Assembly: GCA_027923505.1 (NCBI GenBank)
Contig: BROI01000003.1
Location: 682,001 to 746,000 of the forward strand
Direction: 5' to 3'
Length of the DNA: 64,000 nt
From: Mayamaea pseudoterrestris
Taxonomy: Eukaryota
Under the pieces are notes generated by a model. The model ran no database searches, was not told where the DNA came from, and saw nothing but the letters and a program-made list of their open reading frames with translations. This document shows, piece by piece, positions 23,921 to 35,141 of the stretch. Position 1 is the first letter of the stretch. Every line of letters begins with the position of its first letter. Position numbers and translations under genes: made by a program.

Positions 23921-26900
23921 TTACCAGCATCGAAGCCACGAGTAGATAGGCATTTGGCTGTCACCAGCTTTCGAGAAGTCATCACATACAGATGCTAGAT
24001 CCGAAGCTACTTGTAACAGCTCCTGACCCATCATCTCAGCGATATAGAGACCTGCGTCAACAGGAGACGTGTCGCGGGTATCCATCGACCTCATAGACGC
24101 ACTATAGTCTCGCTTCTGATGTTCAAGGGAAGCGATTATGCATCGCTGGGATTCTCCTGTTGGCGTCGCGACAGGCTGCTTGAAGGATCGCGACGGTCCG
24201 TTTTTAGGATTCTTTTGACGACAAAATCGGTTGCGTCTTGCACGGGTAGGACGCATTTCGGCTTGTTGCCAAGGTAATCGAATCGTCCCCTGTCCAGCAC
24301 ACAGAAAACCACCACCATCATCCACGCATAGAATGCGGCGCATGTCTGTGAAAGCCGGATTGCCATAAACGTATGGACGCGAGGTGTCATCTTCGTCAGA
24401 AGTTTCATCTTCCTCCACTGGCAAGAGATCAGCAATGTCGTACAATTCTAAGCTCCTGCTTGCGTTGAGTAAAGGAGAAGGACTCGTCGAAGGATCACGA
24501 ACCACTACTTTCTTTATAGATGATACGTTTGAATGGCTCTCATTCGGCGCAATTCTGGTCTGAGCAACAATGAGCTTCCAAAGACGACCTCCTGCCTCAG
24601 ACTCAGTATCGCTCGCCGAAATATTCTTAGAATTGCCATTGCTGTCAAGAGCACTATCAATTGTGCCCTCATTAATGATCGGACGTTCGATGAGCGCTTG
24701 CAGAGCAGCTTCTTCCGTGCTTGACAGCTCGGCTTCCTGGTCGTCGCCTGAGTGTGCAAGCTCATTTTCTTGGACAGTTAGCGGCGAATCATCCTTTCTA
24801 TGCTGACCGTTCTCTTGCATGAAAGCGTTCACCCCGTCGAAGAGCGATGGTCGAAATATATTCAGGATGTGGTCCACAGCAGGTCCTTTAGATTCAGTTA
24901 TGATTGACGACATTTGACTGGAATAACTATCTGTCTCTTCATCTACAAAATCCAAAGTAATAGAGTTACCGAAAAGGACTGATCGGTCGTCTACCGTGTC
25001 TTCTTCGCTAAAAAGAGTCACAGAAGGCCATGTTGAGTTCAACCCTGAGATAAGTGAGTTATTGATTGGCTCGACCGGAACACAAGTAGAGTCTGAAATT
25101 GTATCCTTGTGGAGTCTTGAATCGCCTCCATTGGCTGTAACCTCGGTGCTGCTACCCGAGTGCTGCGATTTCAAGGAAGTTTTGGACTCAACGTCGGACC
25201 ATGACTTTGCTAATGCATCATCGTCGTTGTCTATCAAGGGCAACATAGCGATGTTTACATCGACAGCTTGAGACTCGTCAAGGTCGGAACCAGTGGAACT
25301 ATCGTCACTACCGTTTTTAAATGGCGCCGACGAGTATTCGTCGTTAGTGGGGATCAAGCACTGGATGGAATATGACTGCTGCAGAGAGAATTCATCATGT
25401 GTCTCTTCTTGTTCAAAAGTAGCTTCGTCATCGGCTAATAAGGTTGTCCCGTCTCGCGTCGCATCAAAATCGTCCACGGTTCCATCCCTTGTCATTTCCA
25501 TGGTACATTCATATGATGGCTCATCGTGCGATGCAAATGTCGCGTCTAAGTAGCTCGCCGATACGTCGGCTGTCTCCACCATGCCGTGATGCGTACCTCC
25601 ACTAGAAGGAACCGTTTGCATCATCATGGCGACATCAAACATCATGGCCGGGTCTACCTGTGGCGATAAATCCATCAGCCTTTCAATTGATGTGGGACCA
25701 TGGCGCGGTCTGGCCACGGGCAGTGCTGGTTCGTCGTCGTCCTCACTCAAGTCATCACAAGATGCAGTGGGAGCCAACCGGAGAACGGCTATTTCTTGAT
25801 CTGTTGGCTTTAGCGAGGCACCTTTTGAATCGCTACGTTGGAAACGATAGTCGTCGAACATGCTTAAGTCCCAGATCTCGCGCAAATGCGACTGCAAGCT
25901 CGGTTGGCGTCGAAGAGAATCAAACTGTTCTGCATCCTTCGCGATATTCTTTGTCTTGTTCGAAAGGCGAGTGATTTCCATTTCATCTTTGCCGACAAGC
26001 AAGTCGCCATTCAACTTGGTTATTTTGTAGCTTGAAATGATATGATCCGATGTAATTGGAAACTTTACTCTTGCTGTTTCAGCCGCTTCAATCGCCACCC
26101 GCTTCCGAATCATGGCTAGCAGCTTGTACTTGAAACTGGGTGCAATCTTGTGCTTGTCCATGTTTCGTTGAAAGAGCTTTGACGCTGCTTTGTGCATGTC
26201 GACTGAGACTTGTCCAGAGAAATCGAGAAAAGCCTTGCCCAAACGAACCATCGTTTCGTACGCTTCCGATTCAATGCTAGCAAAGGACTTGGTGTCGTTG
26301 TTTGTGCACGCAGTCTTGTCGTCACTTTGGCACGGCGCCTTGTCAATTGTATCACCGGCTTCACTTGATGCTGAACAATTCAGCATTTGCGATTGAAGGA
26401 TACCCAAGATGCGAAGAATCTCATTATCGTTTCTGGTACTTTCATTTTGGTTGACCGTACCCGGCTCTTGTAGTTTGATGTCATCATCAACTTCAATCGT
26501 CTCGACGATGGCAGCAAGCTCGTCCAACAGATGAGACTGATCAACCAGCTCTTCTTCCTCCACGTCGGCTTGTTCTTCTTCCTCGTCAGTAGGCTCGTTG
26601 TTGGATGCGGTGACTACATTGACATTTTCATGTGACTCGCTAAGCAAAGCCCTATCAGGTGACGGCTTGACCTCGTCAGTCTGGACCTCATTTATTCTCG
26701 CGTCATCGTCAAGCACATTCGTCTCCTCTGGCGTTGGCTCGGTGAATAGTTGTCGCACCAAGGATGAAGGCGGATGCCTAGCTACTGGATTGTCCTGCAA
26801 GGGCGACTCAATCGAGGTGGCTTGAATCAAGCAAGCCTTTGGCTTGGAGCGTTCCGACGCTGCCTTGCTAATGGCCTCAAAAGTTTGCACCGCTTCAAGA

Positions 26901-27145
26901 ACCTTGTTACGATTCGGTGGCTTGGTATTCGCAGCATTGGTTGGTGTCTTTGTCAATGGACGATGATTCTTTTGCTTGCTAAAGGCATGCACCCGCTGAG
27001 CCAAATAGCCGCGAGTCGGAGTTGTCTGCTGCTGCTTCTTGCTCGATGGACTTGAAGGGGCCGCTGATCGAATTTTGCCATTCCTTTTATTCTCGTTCTC
27101 TTCGACGAGACGAGCATACGCTTTTCCGGCAGTCTTAATCTCCAT
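23921..27145 (-). CDS. Large acidic/Ser-rich hypothetical protein (1074 aa)
   Basis: Uninterrupted 3.2-kb ATG ORF with no recognisable domain. Confidence 0.75.
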   Translation of the reverse strand: MEIKTAGKAYARLVEENENKRNGKIRSAAPSSPSSKKQQQTTPTRGYLAQRVHAFSKQKNHRPLTKTPTNAANTKPPNRNKVLEAVQTFEAISKAASERSKPKACLIQATSIESPLQDNPVARHPPSSLVRQLFTEPTPEETNVLDDDARINEVQTDEVKPSPDRALLSESHENVNVVTASNNEPTDEEEEQADVEEEELVDQSHLLDELAAIVETIEVDDDIKLQEPGTVNQNESTRNDNEILRILGILQSQMLNCSASSEAGDTIDKAPCQSDDKTACTNNDTKSFASIESEAYETMVRLGKAFLDFSGQVSVDMHKAASKLFQRNMDKHKIAPSFKYKLLAMIRKRVAIEAAETARVKFPITSDHIISSYKITKLNGDLLVGKDEMEITRLSNKTKNIAKDAEQFDSLRRQPSLQSHLREIWDLSMFDDYRFQRSDSKGASLKPTDQEIAVLRLAPTASCDDLSEDDDEPALPVARPRHGPTSIERLMDLSPQVDPAMMFDVAMMMQTVPSSGGTHHGMVETADVSASYLDATFASHDEPSYECTMEMTRDGTVDDFDATRDGTTLLADDEATFEQEETHDEFSLQQSYSIQCLIPTNDEYSSAPFKNGSDDSSTGSDLDESQAVDVNIAMLPLIDNDDDALAKSWSDVESKTSLKSQHSGSSTEVTANGGDSRLHKDTISDSTCVPVEPINNSLISGLNSTWPSVTLFSEEDTVDDRSVLFGNSITLDFVDEETDSYSSQMSSIITESKGPAVDHILNIFRPSLFDGVNAFMQENGQHRKDDSPLTVQENELAHSGDDQEAELSSTEEAALQALIERPIINEGTIDSALDSNGNSKNISASDTESEAGGRLWKLIVAQTRIAPNESHSNVSSIKKVVVRDPSTSPSPLLNASRSLELYDIADLLPVEEDETSDEDDTSRPYVYGNPAFTDMRRILCVDDGGGFLCAGQGTIRLPWQQAEMRPTRARRNRFCRQKNPKNGPSRSFKQPVATPTGESQRCIIASLEHQKRDYSASMRSMDTRDTSPVDAGLYIAEMMGQELLQVASDLASVCDDFSKAGDSQMPIYSWLRCW

Positions 27146-27596
27146 GGTCGCCTACTTTTTCACTTGTTCGACGAAAACCAAGCAAGATGTGACTTGCTTC
27201 ACCTTTCGCAGTTTCGGTTTCAAAAATCGAAACGAAACTTGAACGGTTTCTCATTTAACATGCGTGCGCGCCTGACGCGCAGAAGACGTTTCATAGATAG
27301 TCATGATCGAAAATTCCAGTCCACGATTTATCTTTTTAGTACTGTTCCATGGATAGTGCCGCGCCAGGCTCGCCCGAGTGTCACGTTCAAAACTTTTGGC
27401 GCAGGGCGTTCCGTGACTTCCAGCTAACAGATACAACTCCGGCTGCGCTACTTTTCCGCGACCCTACTATGGTAATTTTATTTCAGTTCATCTTATTTAC
27501 AATTCTTTAGATTAGCAAGTCGTCTATTGAAGCTTCCAAAACCGCAATCATATACTTAGCAGTGCGTCAGTGTCAAATGCTCGTGACCCACTGTCG

Positions 27597-28733
27597 TCAA
27601 GCGATATCACCGGTGCACAAACGATCATCGAAATCATCAACAAAGGCAAAACAATAAACGTTAGACGGAAAGCCTGGGCCACCAGTGTATGCTGTCATAG
27701 TTTCGTCATCCAGAAGACCAGATCCAGAGCTGAATGTGCCGCTGAATGACGACGCCTCGGTGTCTTCGTCGCGCCCAGACGACCACAAGGACGACACAGC
27801 TATCGACTCAATATCCACTTCATTTTCCTCCTTGTCTTCATCTTCGATATGGTTTTTCACATTATAGCTCCGATTAAGTCGAGTCAGCGCAGTGGGCTCG
27901 CTGACGTTGGTTGCTGCTTCTGTTTCCGCAGGCAAGCTAGATTCAAGCTTGTCTTGAGCGCGCGGTATAAGCTCCGTACCATTGACGCCGTTGGTGACAA
28001 TGTAAGTGCGACTCTGTCGAGTAGGTGTTTGAGCGCTGACAAGAGTCGAGGCATCGGTTGCTAGTGGAAGCTGCATACCACGTTCAGAATCGCGACTTAA
28101 AACGAGCTCGATGCCATGCGGACTGACTTGGCATTGATGGGATGGCTGTCGCGCATTTGGGCTATCCTCATTCTCTCGTCCAAGGTTCAACTTGTTTTGG
28201 ACTTCATTTTGAGGCGACATGTCGTGGATAAGTGTCAAGGACGACAACTCCTGAAATGCACTTGCTTGGAGACAAATTTCAACATCATGACTATGGTCAA
28301 TCGCGTCATTCTTCTCTAGTGATGCCGACTTTGTCTTCCGGTTGCTCGAGCTGTTTATTGATGGAGTAGCATCCACTGCTGCCTTGTTTGATAGCTGATG
28401 GTCGACTGCCGGGTCTTGTACGACTTGCTTTGATCGATTTCGCATCTCAACACTCTCGTTCCTGGCAGGGTGAACAAGCTCGCCATTCATAGCGTACCTT
28501 GTCAACAAGTTGGGACCCACTTGGAAACCAACAAGATCCACTTCAGGACTTTCGCACGAGCCAGAATCGATTGACGAAGATGCTGGTGCCCTTGAGCTCC
28601 CTCCATTCTCAGTAGTCTTCGTGGTGTCGCTCATTATCGATTGTTTTCTGCGAGTCAACGTGTGGACGAGACTGCGGAGACGCATACTAGTCGGTCGACG
28701 AGTTGATTCTTTTCTTACAAACCGGAAACTCAT
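27597..28733 (-). CDS. Ser-rich hypothetical protein
   Basis: 378-aa ATG ORF, low complexity. Confidence 0.7.
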   Translation of the reverse strand: MSFRFVRKESTRRPTSMRLRSLVHTLTRRKQSIMSDTTKTTENGGSSRAPASSSIDSGSCESPEVDLVGFQVGPNLLTRYAMNGELVHPARNESVEMRNRSKQVVQDPAVDHQLSNKAAVDATPSINSSSNRKTKSASLEKNDAIDHSHDVEICLQASAFQELSSLTLIHDMSPQNEVQNKLNLGRENEDSPNARQPSHQCQVSPHGIELVLSRDSERGMQLPLATDASTLVSAQTPTRQSRTYIVTNGVNGTELIPRAQDKLESSLPAETEAATNVSEPTALTRLNRSYNVKNHIEDEDKEENEVDIESIAVSSLWSSGRDEDTEASSFSGTFSSGSGLLDDETMTAYTGGPGFPSNVYCFAFVDDFDDRLCTGDIA

Positions 28734-29178
28734 GGCGTAATTGCAAGGTAAATTTTCAACAGAATGTCTGATGTCTCGCTCGACAATCGACGGCTCGTGC
28801 TCGCACAGAAGTTACAACTGGAAAAGCACCAGGCAACTTTATGGTTACGTTTGCTGATGGCACGTGCACAAGTAATTGAATTTTTCGCCAAGCGTGAGAG
28901 AATGCGACTACTGAGCGAAACGAATGCTTTCATGGTCAACATGTCGGCTCGTGGGAAGCCAGATGCATTGGCCCAAGATTCGGTCTTGGCAAGACTCACA
29001 AGATCCGGAATGATTCAAATTCGTCCATCATCTTGAATATTGAAAATGGGAGTACTTCACATTTTTGCTCACGAAACATATCTTGTATAGTATGAAAATA
29101 CTGCCTATCCTAAACTATGTGCTATGCTCAAGTTCAGCAGTGAGCGCGATGTTATTTAATTTAGGATGTGGGGGGACT

Positions 29179-30258
29179 TTAGTCGTCCAAATTTAAGCGA
29201 CAGCAGCCACCATAAGGCTGACAGCCCCAAGGAAAGCTGAAACTCGACACTTGTGACATAATCTCGTCTTTACCATGAGCAAAATGATGATATAAGATGA
29301 CTAGATCATCCTCAGAGTAATCGGATAGCTCACTGTCAGTGAACGAGATTGATGTTGAAACACTCTCATTGCCTGCCCAGTCCTCAGCCTGCTCCATCTC
29401 CAATAGTTCATCACTTTCGCGTGCATTGGTTGTAGCTGCGCCAGATTCCTCGCCAGAGACATTTCGAGACTTGTCCTCGTCTCTGAGGCGACTTCTTTCG
29501 GCTTGCTCGTTGTTTCTTGTTGTTGTGATCAACACGTGTTTGGGCCGGCCTTCTTTCAGCTGAACCACCAATGCCGTCCACAGCGCCAGTCGTTGTAGAC
29601 GCTGGGCATTGGAGTCTTCGGCTGTCATCAAAGTTTGTTCGATTTCAAGGACGGCTTCGTCTTGCAAGCTTGAGGATACGTGAAGGAGTATTGGGCAACT
29701 TCCATGCTTATTTTGCACGATTTGGGATTCCAAGAGACGAACATGAACTGGCTTGTCTCGTTCCTGATTTGCAATTAGGCGAGTGCGTTCGCAGGCCACT
29801 GAGCGTCTTCGCCTTTGCTGGCGATAACGAATAGCCTCAACTGCGATGGGCGTTTCCATTGTATCATCTAACTCCATGGTATCGAGTGGAGCGGACGGGT
29901 TGAGCGAAATCGCAAATGCGTTGCCATCAGTCGGTTCGTCGTCACTGATGCACCATGCCCGCGCGGGTAATAGAAGAGGCAGAAATTTGGTGGACAATGC
30001 TTCGACCGCTGGCCTCGTTGGACTTATAAACATGTGCCGATCGTATTGATCAGCTTTATGATGAATTGCTGTGACTGGTTTGTCTGATAGCGCAGTGTAT
30101 GCTTTGGCACCTTGTACGTCGCGCGTATCGTTGTATACAATCTTGATGGCCAGTGGCCGTGGCTGCCTTCGAGGCACCAGCGTTGCAACGCGATCCATTA
30201 CATTCATTCTCTTCCATTGATTCGTCCAAACCCCTTTTGATCTCATCGCTGTAGCCAT
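29179..30258 (-). CDS. Hypothetical protein
   Basis: 359-aa ATG ORF. TATA-like TTTATA lies about 45 bp upstream. Confidence 0.65.
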   Translation of the reverse strand: MATAMRSKGVWTNQWKRMNVMDRVATLVPRRQPRPLAIKIVYNDTRDVQGAKAYTALSDKPVTAIHHKADQYDRHMFISPTRPAVEALSTKFLPLLLPARAWCISDDEPTDGNAFAISLNPSAPLDTMELDDTMETPIAVEAIRYRQQRRRRSVACERTRLIANQERDKPVHVRLLESQIVQNKHGSCPILLHVSSSLQDEAVLEIEQTLMTAEDSNAQRLQRLALWTALVVQLKEGRPKHVLITTTRNNEQAERSRLRDEDKSRNVSGEESGAATTNARESDELLEMEQAEDWAGNESVSTSISFTDSELSDYSEDDLVILYHHFAHGKDEIMSQVSSFSFPWGCQPYGGCCRLNLDD

Positions 30259-31050
30259 AATTCGCTTTAAATGGGCGAGCGGTCAACTATAGCTCCAGTA
30301 CTGTATAAAAGGCGCGGCCAGGAAGCAAACTTCCATGGAGATTCGCTTAACGACCGCTCCATCAATTATTTATTGATAATGCCCGCCCTCAACCAATACG
30401 CAAATTCTTTTAGCTCACAGCTGACATCGACACGGTTTTGCTTTACTTAAAAAGCACCTCTTTCAGGAGAGAGGGACAAAGAAGTTTCATGGGAACTTTC
30501 CCGCCGCCGTTGCCGCATTGGCAATGTCACCGCAAACCTACAAGCCGAGCCCACCAGATTTTTCGTTGCTTAATTGATGAAGACGTCTCGAAGCTAGTAT
30601 CTGTAACATCGACAACAACACTCTGATATGTTTTAAAGGCTTACTCAACTTGCGACGTTCGCATGGCTTGGATCTTTCTCAATGGATGACAGCGCGTCGA
30701 CCAGCCTCTGATAAAACTTCACTTCTTAGAATGATCATACTAGTACCGAGTAAGAAGTAAGAAGGGTTACATCATTATCGGAAAGACTCCTGGAACTTGG
30801 TTCAGTAGCTAAAGGAAATCGAGATCAAGTCGTCCGTTGAGTCCCTCTCCGACTCACGATCGGCTGGCGCGCCATGAAACGGTTCTGCGTCGCAGGCGTG
30901 TCCGTCCGCCAACAACACCCACATCCAAAGACCATCGAGTCGGAGCGGCTGTGCTTGGACGCGGCTTTGGGTCTTGCCTCGCTGTGCGCTTGCTTCCATC
31001 GTTCCGACGAAGCTGCTTTGGTCCCTTGACATCAACAAAAAGACTCTGAA

Positions 31051-32297
31051 ATGCTGGCAACGTCAGCAGTAGAAGTAGCGTTACCATGTCAGGGTCAGCC
31101 ACCAATGACAGCAGTAGGCGACGCCGGAGGCCTGCAGATGAATGAGGGCTGGAAACGAGCAATCTGCACATGGACAATAGGGCAGGAAGTGACAGTCAAG
31201 CCTCGGTTATGGCCTGGGTAAGTGATGATACGTGCGTTTCCGAATATTATATGCTCTTTGCCAATTCGAAGGGCAATGCACGCTTGCTCAAATGTTGTCT
31301 GACCCTTTGATGCATTTGTTATAATCAATTCAGCATCAACCGCCCCGGAGGCCACGGCAAAGTGAGCGCCATTCACCTCAATCCAGCAGGCGATGGCGTC
31401 GAAAGTTTAGACATTAAATACACGATAGAGCGGAGCTGTGATCGCATGGTGGCGGTCGAGTGGATTGACCCGCATGCAACAATCCAGCGCGACGGACGCT
31501 CACGGAAACGATCTCAACCTGCTGTTGCGCCGGAAGAAACCAAGGAAAATAAGGCGCAGACAACCAAGCGACGAAGAAACAAGTCCGCAAGGCAAAAGAC
31601 CAGAGCGCCTGCTGCGGCCAGGACCAATTCAGCAGCGCGACAAGTCACATTGCCGGCCAAGGACGACGAGATGCCAATTGACATTTTTGCATACGAGGAT
31701 GATTCTTCGTCAGTTGTCTCTGAATTATCGGAAGGACCACTTTACAAGGCACTTGCATCAAGTCGAGCAATGACGACAAACAAAGTTACATTGGATGGCA
31801 AGCCAGCTGCACCGGCATTACCAAATCATCGGGGTTCAAGTCGCGTAGTAAAGCAAGCTCGGCTTTCATCGCCGTCACGCACCCAAATAGCTGCCGATGC
31901 TTCTTCTCCGAAAGCCCCTGTGGCAACGTCGACGGCTCGACACGTGACGCTTGGCGAAGTCTATGCGTATGAGGTGCAGCAAGCCCGCCAGTTTATTGAT
32001 CAAGTCGTCTTGCACCAGGAACCATCAAACGAAATCCAAGAACCACTGGCGCGAGTTTTGGAAACAATCGCTATTTCAAAGGAGCGCAATGTCTTTGAGA
32101 CACTCTTCTATGAGCTACTGGTGGACGAGGGCGACGGCCAGATTGACGAGGATGTTGTAACGGAACAAGTCAATGCGCTGGCGCAGCAGCGAGATCTTGA
32201 GGAACGATTCGACGAAACCCAGGTGTCGGAATACATTGCAAGTCTTTGCTCGGAAAACAAGATTATGCGATCGGATGGTCAGCTTTATAATATCTAG
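31051..32297 (+). CDS. Protein with Tudor-like N-terminus and MCM3-like C-terminal winged helix; intron 31218-31333
   Basis: Splicing GG|GTAAGT...CAG|C gives GQEVTVKPRLWPGINRPGGHGKV...DIKY, in frame with ORF 31362..32297. Ends LCSENKIMRSDGQLYNI. Confidence 0.7.
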
Positions 32298-32459
32298 TCC
32301 AGCACGAAAGTAAATTGGTAAATTCGTCGGGCAGTTGTCAGCGAGCCTCGATTAGCTCATGCCTACCGGCCTACAGGTTACCTTCTTTCATGTAAAAGCA
32401 TTTTGCCCAATCCTAATATCAATATTACTATCATTGTTTACAAGATTGAAGAGATATAT

Positions 32460-33011
32460 CTATTCATCCTTCGTTCCAGCCAACTGACTCGGATCAAAGC
32501 CAGGTATTGGAGGAGTCCAAACTGGCATATTTCTCCATGTCGGCGGCCCCGAGTCATCAATCTTTAGCGCTTCCTCCCGCAGCTTACTGTTCTTTGGAAG
32601 CATATTAATGGCATGTTTCTTCATTTGCAGTTTGCAGGCCAGATCATGATGAATTTCATTATGCTGACGAAACTTGCCAATGACATAGTTGCGGCCGATT
32701 TGATGGCGTCGATCCTTTTCCTCTTGCGACAATGGAGGTTCCTGGCGCATGGGCGCATCCAAAGCTGCCAGGACAAGCTGCAGGTCGTTGGGTCGACCTC
32801 CAGCAGAGTCGATCACTGACTTTTTCTTGGGTGTTGAGACCTTTTGACTCTGTCGTTGCGGTTTCACACTGTCCTTCTTGCTAGCGGCGGCTTTGGCGAA
32901 ATGGCGGATTGTTGTGGTTGTTGTATTAGATGATGGACAGCTGCGAGCTACTAGTAATAGACTTTTGCTGCAACGAGTCGTGGCGGTGGAAAGCATCATG
33001 GTGACTATCAT
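32460..33011 (-). CDS. Mitochondrial ribosomal protein mL40-like
   Basis: Mitochondrial-type presequence ending IRHF. AINMLP...LREEALKID...MPVWTPPIPGF resembles the mL40 C-terminus. Confidence 0.7.
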   Translation of the reverse strand: MIVTMMLSTATTRCSKSLLLVARSCPSSNTTTTTIRHFAKAAASKKDSVKPQRQSQKVSTPKKKSVIDSAGGRPNDLQLVLAALDAPMRQEPPLSQEEKDRRHQIGRNYVIGKFRQHNEIHHDLACKLQMKKHAINMLPKNSKLREEALKIDDSGPPTWRNMPVWTPPIPGFDPSQLAGTKDE

Positions 33012-33095
33012 ACTTGTGAATTGTGAATTTTTTGTGAGCTGCGATCGAATGTGCGGCAATCGCGTCTCGTCGTACCGGTTTTCACAGATTCGACT

Positions 33096-33205
33096 CAAAG
33101 TTTTTGGCACTACTCTTTAACCTACAGTGCCAATAACTGTGATATTTTTCAAAGTTTCTGGCACCACTCTTTAACCCACAGTGCCAATAACTTTGATTTT
33201 TGGTA
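33096..33205. repeat. ~54-bp tandem repeat; third copy split by the TIR element (remainder at 35142-35164)
   Basis: CAAAGTTT(T/C)TGGCAC(T/C)ACTCTTTAACC(T/C)ACAGTGCCAATAACT occurs at 33096 and 33150. TTTTTGGTA occurs at 33197 and CTACTCTTTACTCTACAGT after 35143. Confidence 0.85.
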
Positions 33206-35141
33206 TTATCCCTAACTAATAACCGCACTCAGTCGGCTTTTCATTTTCGCGCGCGTTGCGCACCTCCGCCGCCCATCAAAAACGCATCCGTTTTTTGCCA
33301 TCATTCCCTTTTTCAACTGTGGCTGCTTCTTTCATTCGATCCCAAGCCTCTATAAGTAATACATGTTGGTAAGTAGACTAAGTTTAATATTGCGCATTCA
33401 ATGGTGTACTTGGTTTTTCCATATTGGTCCCGCTTAAATGGCTTTTGCGACCTCCAAACCGCATCGTTGCCGCTGCTTTAGACGGCAAACACGGCACCAA
33501 GCGATGCGCTATTACAGAGCTTGTTTGGCCCTCAATGTCTCACAAGCCACGTAAACTCAATATACAGGATTGCTATTATGCAAAAGCAAATTTAAAGGTT
33601 GCTGTTCACCCGCTTTGTATCTGCTCATCAAGACGCTGCTCGTCGTAAGCACCATGACAAACCACTCCTTGCCATCAGTTCTCGCCAACTCTATTTTGCA
33701 ACAAACCAAAATGGCGGAATAGACAAGAACGGCAGTGCCTACACCTATACTGAAAGATAAAGGTTGCGTTATTGTGCGAACAGCTCAAGGAAGGGGCTGC
33801 AAAAGTTTCCTCGCGCCAGGTTGCTGCTGCAGCTTGATTGAGCTTTGGCAATGTTTTATAGCGGCAGTGGATAGATGGAGGCGTCTTCCTTGGCAACTCT
33901 TGCTGAGGCCATTGGATCCTTTTGATTCGACTGTTTGTTAATTGTTGGAGAGTCCTCAACGATCGGTAAGCTTGCGTTGAGCTGACACGCTGACACCGCG
34001 GTACGACGTCTCTAAGACGAGGAGTATTGTAGCTATTGAATCACAAGTGGAGAATCGGATCTCTATAGATGGATCTTTTGAGGATTACAAGAGAAGGAGC
34101 TCTCGATACCATTCAATAACGTACTGTATATTTAATCTGCTTATTGCATGGTTTACCCATCGACGTTAGTTTATGCGTCCGTCGTCCGTGTAGACCTGAT
34201 TGAAATTGCTTGGTAACGATGCAAGTGCCTTTGCCATTTGAAAAGCACGAGCGTGGGAGCTTGTTGCGTCCACGATGGTAAAGGATGTTTCGTTTGAGGC
34301 CTCCATTTTAGCCTTCTCTGTTTCAATGGGTAATCGACAATCGACAATCGACAATCGACTCAATGCGTCAGCAATCTTGTTGTCTTCGCCTTTGATGTAA
34401 TAGGAAGCTGTATTCCCTGAGTGCTTCCACAATACCGAGCATCTCTCATTCTCCTATTGTATACTTCTTTTACGCCGATAATAGCATGCGATTGAAGAAT
34501 GCGATTGGTCTTCCTCATTGCGACATAATGGCTCCCAATTGCGAGTAGCTTTCGATGTGCATGGCGAATCTTTCCCAAATGCATGCTTACAAATGCCATT
34601 TACATGATTGTTTAAGAGTATGACGTGTTCAATAGCTTTGAGAGCGCCAGCAATAGAGCCTCTGTTGGAGGTTCATTCCGACAGCGTTTGTCGGCCAGTC
34701 GGCCAGCAACAAACCTTCTTCTGCGGCATGCTAAAGCACCATTCAATGGATTCAAGTAATTCTTTTACGCGAAACCTATCCTGTATAATTTATAGAAGCG
34801 ATGTATAAGTGTATACTATAGGAGGAAATGGACTAGCGCTGTAAATTGAGGCTGTGCTGAGGACGAGGATGAAACGGGCGCAACGCGACCAAAAAGATGC
34901 TGCGGCGGGACCAATACGCCTTCGATGACCAAACCAAGTACACCGTTCGATGCCGCTTACCTAACTTGATAGATCTAGTGCTTTAAACCAATGAAAACGG
35001 CATATTATAAGCTTTGAAAGACGAAAGTGAATGCTTTGGGCGATGGTCGATGGGCGGACATGCATTTTTGATGGGCGGCGGAGGTGCGCAACGCGCGCGA
35101 AAATGAAAAGCCGACTGAGTGCGGTTATTAGTTAGGGACAA
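33206..35141. mobile_element. Non-autonomous TIR DNA transposon (1936 bp), TA target duplication, Tc1/mariner-like
   Basis: Near-perfect ~80-bp inverted repeats (TTATCCCTAACTAATAACCGCACTCAGTCGGC... / ...GCCGACTGAGTGCGGTTATTAGTTAGGGACAA). TA at 33204-33205 and 35142-35143. No transposase ORF. Confidence 0.9.
34340..34550 (-). pseudogene. Decayed Ty3/gypsy pol RNase H fragment inside the TIR element
   Basis: Manual translation gives YSQLGAIMSQ*GRPIAFFNRMLLSA*KKYTIGE*EMLGIVEALREY, then a frame change to YYIKGEDNKIADALSRL. Confidence 0.85.

Noticed and set aside
30837..31049. Arg-rich short ORF just upstream of the 31051 gene
   Set aside because: Non-ATG start and no motif; it cannot be distinguished from UTR or promoter sequence.
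33424..33959. Short ORFs inside the TIR element as transposase remnants
   Set aside because: No DDE/D or HTH motif is recognisable in the translations provided.
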